Positions 51,006-64,000 of a stretch of 64,000 nucleotides of DNA are shown in pieces (the first letter of the stretch is position 1; every line of letters begins with the position of its first letter). The stretch spans positions 5,270,001-5,334,000 of the forward strand of contig NC_043015.1 in assembly GCF_006345805.1 (NCBI RefSeq), given 5' to 3'. Made by a program: the position numbers and the translations under genes. Below the pieces are notes generated by a model. The model did no database searches, had not been told where the DNA came from, and was given only the letters and a program-made list of their open reading frames with translations. The stretch is from Octopus sinensis. Lineage: Eukaryota.

Positions 51006-53572
51006 ATGCATATATTTAATGTATATGCATATGTATATATATATTAGGATTCAATTGAACTAGGTACTTAAGATGAAGCACCAAGTTTGTCTGGTAGGGC
51101 GAATAAAATCAAAATAAGAAAGAGGATATCAAGTACTAATGCATTGCAACTTGACACCCTGTTACTTATCTTGATTTTACATACATACATCTACACACGC
51201 ATATACATATATGTATATATATATATATATGCGTGTGTGAGTGCGCGCGCGAGTGTGTAGAAACAGAAATTCTTCACGCACACACAATATATATGTACAC
51301 ACACACGTTCACACAAGTACACTCACTCATACGTTTTATATCTGTTTGTTCACATACATGTGTGTGCACGTGTGAGCCTGCATCCTTTTTACTTGTATTA
51401 CTAAAGTAAATTTTAAGTACTGTTGCACTGTTCATGGAATTTGTATATTTTATTGCGTAAATATTTCATTTTGGTGGTTCCTGATTTAATTGTTTAGCAT
51501 TTTAGGTTTATTAGCACTAACCAGATGCTTGGAGTAAAATTTACTGTTTTCATTATATAAATGGATTGATAAATCTAATATATTTTCCAATCAGTGCTTA
51601 GATGTTATTACTACTTTGCATAAATCTTATCTTGAAGTTAGCTGTGACAACACAAATTGCTTAATATTTTTGCCCTAAAAGATTACAAGCAATTCGGAAT
51701 CTGCTTCTTTTATTTAACAAATATTCAGTTGACTCAGCCAAATATTTAAATATGTTAGTTTGCCTTACCATTCTGCCAGCCTTTCACTGATTGGAACCAC
51801 AAAATGAAGGCATTTCCCAGTAATGATAAAATACGATAAACTGAACGTTAGAAAACTATAAAAGAATATAGGAAAAAGTTGCACAAAATTTGTACTAAAG
51901 TAAATGGCAGCTATGGATATGATCTATAGAACATGTATATTTATTAAGGTCTCCGTCTGTTTATAAAGTCTTTTAAATATGGAAAATTGTTAAGGAAAGA
52001 CTGTGGCCATACCTAAATGAATATGAAAATGCACAAGGTAAATAACTCAAGTGACAAATGGCAAAATTCCGAAAGAACATACACAGAGATTTGAACGTAA
52101 AAGTGGTTAAAATTAATTGAATTGTTTTCCCAGAAACTAAATGAATTAAGCACATTTGTTCGCGGCTCCTTAAAGTGAAGGAAATATAATTCCGACAAAG
52201 AAGAAGTATTACATCAAATAAAATTTACATTCAAAGCTGTCTGCTACATGCAGAGAAAGATCTTAGACGAAGATATTTGTCTGGCTGCAATGAAAACATA
52301 TAGACATACTGCTCTCTGTACTCTATAAAACATCATAAACACAGTCAATTTAAATATGGTATTCTTGATAATGTGATGACCATTTTATCAAAAAGTCAAA
52401 AAGAACAATTACGCTTGGCAGCGAATTTTTCCAGGAAAAATTATTAAAATTAATATGGTAAAACAGGAGAGTACGAAATTATGAATAAAACAATAAAACT
52501 GGGTTGTGCTAATTGGTGTGTGTATGTATATATATACATGCATACGTACACTCATATATTTAAGTATATATATATATATTATATATATACGTGCATACAT
52601 ACACTCATATGCATATATAAATATGCGTATATATATATATGATATAGTGTAAGCTTCACTGTGTGTATGTGTGTGTGTGTGTGTGTTTGTGTGTGTGTTT
52701 CGTCTATGCACTGCCAAACCTCTGGGTGAATCTGTACCAAATATAGCTGTCTGCAAATTTTGTCTCTAAACAATTCTGAAACTCTATTTAATTGTGATAA
52801 TGAAACAAGATGTTTAAAGAAAAAGAAACCGTAAGGTTTCTAAATATCGAAAGGTCTTCATACGCATAAACGCTTTGCACTGTAGGATGTCTTTCAAGTT
52901 ATACAATTAACATTAAAAGTTTAAAAGTTCAATATTCTCGTGACCTAAGTTAGAGATATCGACATGAGCTATTCAAATAATTGTTCGCGGAATGGACCTA
53001 ATAAAATCAGCAAGAGTACACTCAATATTTCATATTTTAATTCGATTTGACTCTTTCAGCTTGGATGTTGGTCCTACCTCAGATACGAAATCGAATCTAC
53101 AAGTTCCCCCTAGCCATACGGCCTATTGTTATGCCAAGGAATAACGGGGTTTGTGTGTTACTCACTCCACTCTTAATCTTTTCTAAACCATGAAAAGTTT
53201 AAATAGAAAATGAGTTACCTACATTACTTTATCCATTGTTAGAGTGATATACCTCTTTTTTTTCTACCTGCTGTGCGTAAGTATGGTATCTATAAAATTA
53301 CTGTCTGCATATGTTTCTTTTCTTTTGTGTGTGTGTGTCTCTGTTTCCTCTATGCACGGCAAAAACACTGAATAAATCTGTGTTGCATTTGGAAAGAAAA
53401 TTTTTCATTACTCGGGGAACTTTGTAGGGGGATGACTAAATTAAAGAAAATTTATTCAAAAACAGAAATATGTTTTATATACCTGTCGTATACGTCGGTT
53501 TTGTTTTTCCGCTTTAAAGGTAAACGATTTTGATACAAGTAAAGGCGGTATTGAATAATTCTCCGTGTAATA

Positions 53573-53797
53573 GGCGTAGGAGTGGCTGTGTGGTAAGTAG
53601 CTTGCTTACCAGCCACATGGTTCCGGTCTGACTGCGTGGCAACTTGGGCAAGTGTCTTCTACTATAACCTCGTTTCAGCAAAAGAGACCGATGGAATAAG
53701 TACTAGGCTTACAAACAATAAGTTCTGGGGTCCGATTTGCTCGACTAAAGGCAGTGCTCCAGCATGGCTACAGTCAAATGACTGAAACAAGTAAAAA
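53573..53797 (+). mobile_element. SINE family A with central deletion
   Basis: Head fused to the 3' third (..ACTATAACCTCG|TTTCAGCAAAAGAGACCG..). Confidence 0.9.
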
Positions 53798-53884
53798 TAA
53801 TAAGATAGAGTAAACAGTATACGTCTACGACCATACCTCTTTTTGTTAAAGTGAACATAAACGCATTTTAATTGTGATAAAAGT

Positions 53885-54311
53885 TTTAATCCTTATCACC
53901 AAATTCCTTTCTCTTGGGAAATATACGGGTGCCTAAGACTTCATTCCACGGATAATATTAATCCTATCTGGCCTCCGTATGAATTTAAGCGGCTCCCATT
54001 CCCAATGAAGCTAAGTTTGGCTATGCCCATAAACGAATCCCGAGCACGATCTCTCAACCTATTTAGATTTAACCTAACTTTTCCTTGATACTCCCATGGG
54101 CAGTTATATGTAGGATCATCGCAAGCTGGAAGTCCCAAAATTCTTTTTCTTTGCTCTCCAATTCAAGGACACACTGAAAACATTGTATATTTAGAAGCCC
54201 TGCAACATTAAACTGTGAATGAGTTTAGGATTTGTTTTAACAACATTTTCTGAAACTCTATTTATTTTAATATCCTTTAAACTTCCTAGGAATGTCGCGT
54301 ACTTAGGCTGG
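53885..54311 (+). mobile_element. Helitron Rep/Hel remnant: Pif1-like helicase C-terminus and worn 3' terminus
   Basis: FIPRIILI...YEFKRLPFPMKLSLAMPINESRARSL....FP*YSHGQLYVGSSQAGSPK..ENIVYLEAL matches F.IPRI...FKR.QFP...AM.INKSQGQS...FSHGQLYV..SRV; 54285-54312 resembles the hairpin-CTAG end. Confidence 0.9.
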
Positions 54312-54355
54312 TATCTATCTATCTATCGCTCTATCTATATATCTATCTATCTATA

Positions 54356-54445
<90 letters not shown>

Positions 54446-54456
54446 ATATCTATCTA

Positions 54457-54490
<34 letters not shown>

Positions 54491-54530
54491 ATATATATAT
54501 ATATATATAATATATATATATATATATACA
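54311..54530. repeat. Compound (TATC)n(TC)n(TA)n
   Basis: Direct reading. Confidence 0.95.
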
Positions 54531-54674
54531 GTCACAAATACATGTATAAATATGTACGCACAAATACACGCAAAGACACTCACGTATATATGTGAGTGTG
54601 TGTGTGCATATATCCATATATATATATATATATATATATATTTTACGCATGTATATATATATATATATATATAC

Positions 54675-54707
<33 letters not shown>

Positions 54708-55624
54708 CAGGGATATGTATATATGTATGTGTATATATATATATCACTCTATTACATTATGGTTTGGAATTATTTTATGGGAAACGTATGACAATTTTCA
54801 AATATGTGAGAATATACATTTAGCTCTGTTGTTTGAACGTGGTTGCATTATAAACAATAGCATGAGTAAATATTTACGTTTGAATACAGGTGACTCTTTT
54901 CATCATGTTTAGACTATTTAGTTAAGGATATGAATATTGTGTCGTGTCCAAAGTGTGTGATTGTTAAAATAATGGTTTTACGAATCAAAATAAAATAGAG
55001 AAAAATTCAATTAAAATCATTACACAAAGAGAAGAAATAAAACAAGGAAGCATAACAATTGATGGGGAAAAGAAGGGAGAAATAATTGCTTCGTACGCGA
55101 AAAGATAAACAAATAAAATAACGTTAGAAGCTACTAATAAAATATAGAATTAAATGAGTTAGTGGTATGAAGGTAAGAATTTATAGAGATATATTCATTA
55201 GGAAAATGTTTATTAGGAAAATATGCTGAATATAATACACATTAATTAAAGAAAACATCTATTCGCAAACGCACATATACCAAACAGAAATACAGAATAT
55301 GTATACGTTCTTGAGCACAAATACATTCGCTAGTAGCGTAATATATATACATATATACCTGTACATGTGTGCGTGTATGTGTGTGTAGATGTGACTGTGT
55401 GTGTTTGTATGTGTGTTTATGTATGTGTGTGTATATGTGAGTGTGTTTGTGTACACGTATGTGTAAGTGTATATGCGATATATATCTGAAACAGCTGTAA
55501 GTCTATAACCAATAATAATGTTTGAAGTCCATTATTTATTACTATTATACGTATGTATGCTTGTATCCACGTATACAAATATAATAATATATATATATTA
55601 GATATATATTATATTATATATTTA

Positions 55625-55665
<41 letters not shown>

Positions 55666-56859
55666 CATACACAGGTACATATATATTTGGATGGAAAGAT
55701 GGGCGGATGGATGGATGGATAGATGGATGGATGGATGGATGGATGGATGGATAATCGTATGTATCTCTCGAACGTTTTCATGCACGAAATGTTCTTGATA
55801 CCGTTATTACATCAAATGTATTTTTAATTATATATAATTAAATGCGTTACTACTGCAAATGTGCTTCAGTATTCTTTAACGCTTTAAGAATACAGCATAT
55901 AGTTTACACTAATTGATGTTTTAAAACCCTATGTCAATTTAATTCATATGTGTACGTACGTGCATATATTTATATGTACACACACATATGTATGTATATA
56001 TATAAATAAAGGTGTGTGTTTGCGTGAGTTACCTGCACGAATAATTAAGGAGATAATTGGGTGGAGAGATAGAGTGGCAGAAACAGAGGTATTCAGACAG
56101 ATTTACAGAGAGTTAGATAGATAGATATATAGATAGATAGATAGATACAGAGAGAGTGTGAGAGAGAGAGAAAATGAAAGGTGCAAGATCTGTGAGTATA
56201 TGGACGTTAGACAAAGAGTTCAATATGTGTAGTTAGGAACATGGTATTTTGCAGATATACAATTCTAGTTGACGTTCAAGGCTGTTTAATAAGGACAGGA
56301 AATATATCCTTCAGTCCATTGCAGAATTGACATGGCTTTATATTTCATGCCCATCATATTTGAGATGCCCATTTTGCCATGGCCGTTCTGATGATATACC
56401 ATTACCATGATCATCAACTTTATAATTTCGTCTTATATTTAGCTTATTTTTATACAAAACGGAACAGAATATGAACAATTCGGAGCCAATTGTTTATCTA
56501 ATTTTGCTATGTATCTATGTTTTCGCTGTAATAATTGAAAACTCTATTTATCCTGCCTGCGTTCTCACGAAAAGTTAACAAAAGTATGATATTTAAAATG
56601 TCTAATGAAAACAAATGCAATTGATGCAGTAATTAATAGAAATACATTCCAAAATTTTGTATGTATGTGATGTCTCTTGAATATGATATATTCGAAATTT
56701 AAGTAATGTTTAGGAGTTATTAGTCGTTATTATAAATGACGCTGTCTCTCATTAAACGAGAGGGAAGGTGGGCAGTGATCTATAGGTTTAGATGATCTTG
56801 GCTGAAATAATATCTATGTTGTTTTAGTCTAGTGATTTTAATGATTCATTCTGTTAATG

Positions 56860-57460
56860 AAACATCATTAGAACTATTGATGTGTCAGGGAATGGTAAGG
56901 GAATATCTTTGGCGAGTTTGGACATAAAACAGGATATTTAATATTACAGGCATTTTTATTTTCGAAAGCTATGATTTCGTCATTCTACGTCTTAATGAGA
57001 AAGGGAAAGTGAAGGGTTTACATTTTTCTGATGAGGTCTTGTTCAATTTTACTGATAATACCGTATCGTTACAAATCTGCTTTAGTTAGTATTAATTACG
57101 TATTCTAATGTATAGTATTGGTGACGAATTCATATAACATACTTACGTAGATGCTGGAACACTGGGTCATAAAAATAGTTCTTCTAAGTGAGTCAAAGTC
57201 TTCCATTGTGCCTGAAGATTGATATATGCATGTTCGAAAAAATGTAAGAATCATAAGTTGAAGAATTAAGAATTGAAGAACTGAAGTACTGAGATTCTCT
57301 GTTCGGGTAATTTATCAGAGGTTGAATGTTTAATTCTAGATAATTTAGGTATGCATCTGGTTTAGATGGACTGAGGGAACGATTAACAACATATTGTGAG
57401 ATGTCATAAGGAGAATATCATGGTCAGCATTTGCAAAACAAAAAAGGAATATTGAAAATT
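56860..57460 (-). mobile_element. Very decayed Penelope-like RT
   Basis: Frameshifted traces F.HNG, GT..MTQCSSIY, RFV(D)DT, PFL.DVE. Confidence 0.4.
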
Positions 57461-57827
57461 TAAGGATTGCGTTGGATATTCCTCTGACAATAATTAAGTC
57501 CTACCATTAGAAACTGACAAGAGTCGCTCTGAAATAAATTGGCTGAATTAATACCACTAATCTAGACATGTCACACCAACCATTCCTACATATCCCTTCG
57601 GATTATATCGCAGCTCTATTTCCATTTTCTCTTGATTAATGCTTTTTAACCACTGACAAGTAAAATTCTAATCTTTTGTTTTTATCTCGTTTTCACTTCT
57701 ATATTTTGAAATGACATTCTAAAACTCTTTAACTCATTTTCAAAATGCTTCATAACATAGAGACTAATATTCAATGCATCCCTCCACATATTTATATATT
57801 ATATTATATATATATATATATTATAGA

Positions 57828-57880
<53 letters not shown>

Positions 57881-60112
57881 TTTTCATGTATATAAGAATG
57901 CATTATATTTGTGTGAATATATATATATATATGTGTGTTGTGTGTACAAGCGTATGAATATGTCAGAGAGTATGAGTGTACGTATGTACGTACATACATA
58001 TGTATGTGGGAGCACGCGTGTGTGCGTGCGTATGCGTGCTGTGTATATGTGTGCGTATGTGTATGTGTTTAAAACACATATCTGAATTGCAATTACGCTT
58101 TACACGCAGATTACAATGATAACTGGCGCAGCACCGATATTAAAACTGTTATAAACCATAGGAAACTATTCAAATAATGACTACTTTCGATTTTTATGGT
58201 GAATATATATATTCATTCAGCCAAAATATTAAACATTAAAGGATTATAAGGGAATGTGGAAGTAATTTTAATATATTTATTGCATATACATATTTTAAAT
58301 GGATATTCTGTAACGTAACGCATTAACATTTTATATTATGGCCGAAGTAGGTTTCAAAAAATAATGGCTGTAATACTTCTCTCAGCGATTCTATGTCTCT
58401 GTCAATCAATATATTTTTCTTTCTTTATCTCTCTTTCTCTTCCCCCTCTCTCTCTCTCTGTCTAGCTATCTATCGATCTCCATTTCTCTCTCTCTCTCTC
58501 TCTCTCGCTTTATCTCACTCTCTCTTCCTCTAGCTTTCACTCATTCTCTCAATTTTACTTGAAAATAAAATCTTTCTATGAATGTAACCTATTCATCATT
58601 CTAAAAACACGTTCTGTGCTTGTTTGTGTGTCCCTTTCTCTTTCATTTGCTCGCTTCCTCACCCTTATCATTTCTCTGTCTCCCACCTTCTCTCTCTCCC
58701 TCTCTCTCTCGGTCTCTCTCTCTCTCTCTTTCTCTCTCACACACACACATACACATATTCTTTCCCTCTATTTTTATATGAAGATCTCGATCTGCATATA
58801 TGTGAATGTGTGCATGGTTAGGTATATCCACAAAGACACAGAGACCCATACACACATATACATATACGCTTATATATACGACGCTCTACATATACATTTA
58901 CGTATGAATATAAGTATATCCATATATATACATATATATATATATACTTACATATACATACCGATAAATTATATACGTGCATATATATATATATATATTA
59001 TATATATATATATATATATAATATATATACAGATAACTTTCTCTAGTAAACAATATAAATAATGCAAGCCCGGATTACATTGGTGAAATTAGGCCGTTTT
59101 CAAACATGTGAAAGTACATGCACATGAAATCTTGCGAATAACAGGATGTAAGACATTCGTTAATAAACTATGTACATATATATACATACATGTATGTATA
59201 TATATATATATATATACACACATATATATATATGTGTGTGTGTGTGTCTGTGTGTGTCTGTGTAAATACATATACATACAACATATATACATATATCCAT
59301 TAGTATATAAAATATGTTCGATCACTCTCACGCGCACACACCTATATATGTGTGTTTATATGTGCCTATCTATGTATCAATATCTACATATGTAAATTTG
59401 AAGTATCTTTACACGTTTCATTCATTACATCTGCGGCAATGCCTATGATTTTAACGGTTCAAATTATAATATTTTACTGTAATAATTGTTACCCTCACTG
59501 GTGTCGTCATCTGAATCATAATCATCACCATCAATTTACCTATCCAATCTTCGTTGAAATCACCAATATCTTCTAACCAAAATTCGATTACTTACCATAG
59601 CACTACCAGTAATCTTTCTACTCGTCTCTCTTTGAAATCGTTTTTAATGTCCGTCTAGCTCTGTATTTTAAATATTTGCCATTAAATCTGGGTGATTTTT
59701 CACTGTTCCATTCACTGCAAATTATTTACAATATTTTGATGTCAGCGATTATCAGTGAAATTTCAAAATAATCTACGTTATCTTATTTTGCTCTTGTGAT
59801 ATCTCCTTGAAAATGCCGCTGCATTTTCTTTGAAATATAGCCACAAAGAGGTCTTATTAAATATTCGTTGTTTCAGCAATTAGAAATTGATATAGGTTTT
59901 TTTTTCATCTTTGCAATGTAATAAACATAAGTGAAATTAAGCTATTAAGAAACACTGAAGCATCTTATTTCATTTATCTGAAACTGCGATGTATGTATAA
60001 AATGTATTTAACAGAATTGCTCAAAGCTATGTGACCGAGCAAACTTAGTAATCTCACCAAGCTATTCCACAGAATCCAAAATCTTCTAGGTTAATTATGT
60101 AAGAAAATGAAC

Positions 60113-60495
60113 TTTGGGTTGAAATCTAAGTTCCCACCGTTTTGTATAAATGTTGGAATTCATTGCGTTTTAAAATTTTGGAATCTATTTGTTTTTTTTG
60201 TTTTCGAGAATCCTATATTTGAATAATTTTGGAATCTTATTTTTTTTCCTAGTTAATTTTAGTCAATTTTTGTTTATTTTCAGTTCATTGAAATGGAATG
60301 TCAAGTTAAGAAACACGAGTATTTCCGACACCTTCTTATTTTTGCTTTTAATCATGGTTCTAAGGCCGCAAAAGCTGCTTGCGACATTTGTGCTGGGTAA
60401 GGAGAGGATGCCATAGATGAAACAACCGCTCGTAAATGGTATGCCAAGTTGAAAAATGAAAATTTTGACCTCAAAACGCACCACATTTTGGCCGG
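60113..60495 (+). mobile_element. Mariner 5' end and N-terminal HTH
   Basis: MECQVKKHEYFRHLLIFAFNHGSKAAKAACDICAG*GEDAIDETTARKWYAKLKNENFDLK from 60293; TIR-like TTTGGGTTGAAATCTAAGTT. Confidence 0.85.
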
Positions 60496-60547
60496 GATTC
60501 TGATTAATCTTTATATTTTGTATCTTTTCATTTAACTTGCTCACTTA

Positions 60548-60660
60548 CGTTCTGGCGTTTGCTGAATTTTCTTCAGAACAATCAGCTCTTCGTGGTCATA
60601 CAATATGGGTCTACCTCTAGCATAATAGATGTCCACGTTGTGGTAATCTCTCTGATATGT
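60548..60660 (-). mobile_element. Short inverted mariner fragment
   Basis: ARGRPILYDHEEL....QQTPER resembles RSGRP..FD.E.L...P..T. Confidence 0.45.
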
Positions 60661-60674
60661 ATGTAATATATATA

Positions 60675-60730
<56 letters not shown>

Positions 60731-60741
60731 GAGTGGGTTAT

Positions 60742-60876
60742 AGGCGCAGAAATGGCTGTGTGGTGAGAAGCTTGCTTCCCAATCACTGGGTTCCTATTTC
60801 AGTCCCACTGCGTGGAAGCTTGGACTAGCGTTTTCTACTATATTATCGAGCCGACCAAAACTGAAAGAACCCCGTC

Positions 60877-60880
<4 letters not shown>
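60742..60880 (+). mobile_element. SINE family A 5' half ending in (TA)n
   Basis: Head through AACTGAAAGAACCCCGTCGTATATA. Confidence 0.85.
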
Positions 60881-60935
<55 letters not shown>

Positions 60936-62100
60936 ACCAAGAGAGATGTAGGAAAGAATAATGAAAAATTAGCGATACAATGACAAGACCTACAATTGTT
61001 TCAATTCCTCGCTTATACCTTGAAAGCAATTTAAAATAATTTAATTTAATTGTAAGCCAGAATATCACCAGGGAAAAACATACAAATAAATTTATATATA
61101 ACATAATAAAATCATTAAAAAAGCAAACAGGAAAATTACAGTGTACCATTAAAATTAATACATAAATATAAAACTATATAAAATTATGAGAAAATAGTTA
61201 CTCTGATAAATTAATATAAATATCATTTATGCAGACATATCCATACAAATTATGATAACTGGTGATATATAAAAAACAAAACAAGAGAAGACTATTAAAA
61301 TATGGGAGTAGAGAAGTGAAATCATGAAGTATTTTATATATATATATACATATACAGTTGTACACACACGCAACACACACATACACCCACCCCCACCCAA
61401 CCCCCACACACCCACGCACACACACACACATACATATATATATATGTATATATACACCGATATAAAACTAAGCATGGCTAATTTACTAAATTAATTAAAT
61501 TAATTAAAATTATCAATAAATTTAAAGATAAAGGAAGAATATATGAAGATTTAAGTCATTCTACGATATTTAGAAAGATTTAGGAGGAAATATTAAGTGA
61601 GAATGTAGAAAAACACAAAATATGCCAATTTATGTACATATGTGCTACCGTGGAAAGATTCAGATAGAAGGAAAATGTTACATGTAGAAGAATATATGGC
61701 CAATTATAAAGCGAAGTTTATGATAAATGAAGATTAGATAGAAGATAATTAATGTATAAAATGTTCTTATACGCAGTTTTTAAATGTAAAAAAGTCATTT
61801 ATAGACGCCTATGTATACGTATTATTCTGCATATATATCCACACACACACTTATATATACATAATCCTAAACATACGTGCACTTACACACACACACATAC
61901 ATACATACATGTGTATATATAAGCATAAATAACCATACGCAGAGACACAGATCTATATATATATTGTACATAGATGAAGAAAAGAGAAGAAACTTAAATG
62001 AAAATTGTATTAGTCATTAAATATATTATTTAAACTATATAAAAATTGGTTGAAAAAATATTTATTTATATACCCATGCATACACAAATACACACACACC

Positions 62101-62158
<58 letters not shown>

Positions 62159-62399
62159 TATGTATGCATATATATATAATATCAAATATTATAAGGACAC
62201 ACGTATTAATACAAACATATACATTCACCTATTCATATACAAATATAGAAACATATACATGTATACACCTATACCTGCATCATTTGCAATTATACATATA
62301 AATAGATACCTCCACAAAAAAAATCATATGTATACATATATATATATATATAAGTATATATATATATACATACATATATATTATATATATATACATATA

Positions 62400-62432
<33 letters not shown>

Positions 62433-62440
62433 ATTGATAT

Positions 62441-62657
62441 AGGATAACATTGTTTTCGGGAAAAAATTTTTATCAATGGCCAGCATGTCAAAAAATGCCT
62501 TTAAAGGTAAACTTTATACATAATTTACGAGATAAGGGCAGAAGAAAAATTCTAATGCCAGATACGCCGAAAACAAAATTGTCGATAACCAATATGTATG
62601 CGTCTCGAAACAAAGCGATAGAAATCTCTAAAAACGAATTTTTAGAGATTTCTATCG
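62441..62657 (-). mobile_element. Diverged copy of the 11.3-kb pLTR/retrozyme family with a 19-bp perfect fold-back
   Basis: Antisense to 11721-11855 plus 11367-11460; inverted repeat 62616-62634 / 62639-62657, loop CGAA. Confidence 0.85.
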
Positions 62658-62660
62658 GTT

Positions 62661-62701
<41 letters not shown>

Positions 62702-62739
62702 TATGCCAATACAGACACACACACACCACACACACACAC

Positions 62740-62830
<91 letters not shown>

Positions 62831-63504
62831 ATATATACATTTAAACGGATAAGACTTCACATGCGTCTAAACTTATATATGAATAAATAAACTGCTGAAT
62901 AAATACATGTACAAACAGGAACACATTATTATATACATAACTATATATAAAACAATTTAGATATATAATCAAAATAAGTTATGGTGTTCCACTATATAAT
63001 TTATAAATATACAAACCTAATAAAGTATTGTACATATTACATATTTATAGCCATTAATGTCTATTAACTGAATAATTAAAAATGATATATTCGATATAAT
63101 GACTATCCTGTATCTAATTTATAACATCTATATAAATATTAATACTATATATATATAAATTATATATTAATATCAACTGAATAAATACATTGAAAAATCA
63201 ATCACATTTAGTATTCGTTAATACTAATGATATCATAGTTATATACTTACGTTTTGTAAACAGGAATTTACTCACATTTCAGAATGTATGTTCAAAAGAA
63301 ATTGACCTGAAATAAATATTTCATATACCACTACAGTGCATAACTCACATTTCTGGTTTGCGATACTATTAGATAGAGCATGGTTAATAGTATTCCAGTC
63401 AATTTTAATATCTATTTTCGTATCATTAACATTACATATGAATTTACTTCGACCAGGTGAGTTCATCATTTTCCTATCCTTTAATATATTTAAGTGGATA
63501 AAGA

Positions 63505-64000
63505 CGTGGGTTTTAAATTCTGGTGTAGTGTCTGTTCTGTATCTGAAGTAATTCGTTCTTAGTGCTTGCTTTTGGGCAGCGCAGATTAGAGCCTCCATTT
63601 CCGGTTTAAAATCACATTTAGTCATCCATAGCTATCTTCATTCTCTGTCTGTCTGGTCTTGAGCACACCTATGAAATTCTTCATACATTCTTGTCTTTAT
63701 CCAGCTATTTTCAGTTCCATTCATTCTCAAGTACTTGTATAGTGCTTTATATTTGCAATCTTCCATCCTACAATAATACTGGTTCAGTGGAATTTCTACT
63801 TCCTCTGCTATGTTGTTTTCTTCTGCTCTAATTCTGTGATCGCTTCAAAGCAGTCTTCTACCCACTCTTTTTCTTGGTAAATACTGTCTGTGCCACTTTC
63901 ACGGTGGAGTATCCTATATCTAGCTCGTCTAATCTCCATGGTATTACGCCTGCTCCATATATGAGGAGTGAAACCACCCAGGATTTGATAGCTTCAGTGT
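63505..64000 (-). mobile_element. R4/Dong-clade non-LTR retrotransposon fragment (runs off the window)
   Basis: ..WVVSLL.YGAGVIPWRLDEL, LHRESGTD..., AEENNIA, MTKCDFKPEMEALICAAQKQALRTNY matches the ETE.LI.AAQEQALRTN motif. Confidence 0.85.

Overview
AT-rich, microsatellite-saturated eukaryotic DNA with no confidently identifiable host protein-coding gene. The repeat content suggests an octopus (coleoid cephalopod) genome; this is inferred from recalled repeat families, not from a database search. The window is a mosaic of decayed transposons. It holds about 14 copies of one tRNA-headed SINE with an internal microsatellite (family A) and several other tRNA-SINE families (Meta-like, V-like). It also has remnants of Penelope-like (PLE), CR1, RTE, R4/Dong and L1/Tx1 retroelements, Tc1/mariner/Tigger DNA transposons, two non-autonomous Helitrons and a Helitron helicase remnant. 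An almost identical 1.32-kb tandem duplication lies at 10551-13188. The most interesting signal is RNA-structural. There are five hammerhead-ribozyme (HHR) motifs from four sequence families in PLE-type repeats. One family sits in a circularly permuted ~489-nt retrozyme-like unit that is now duplicated in tandem, which places two cleavage sites 1318 nt apart. There are also three fold-back palindromes made of such repeats, and a CR1 3' tail whose two stem-loops are shared with the dominant SINE. Nearly all ORFs in the supplied track are artefacts of microsatellites or SINEs.
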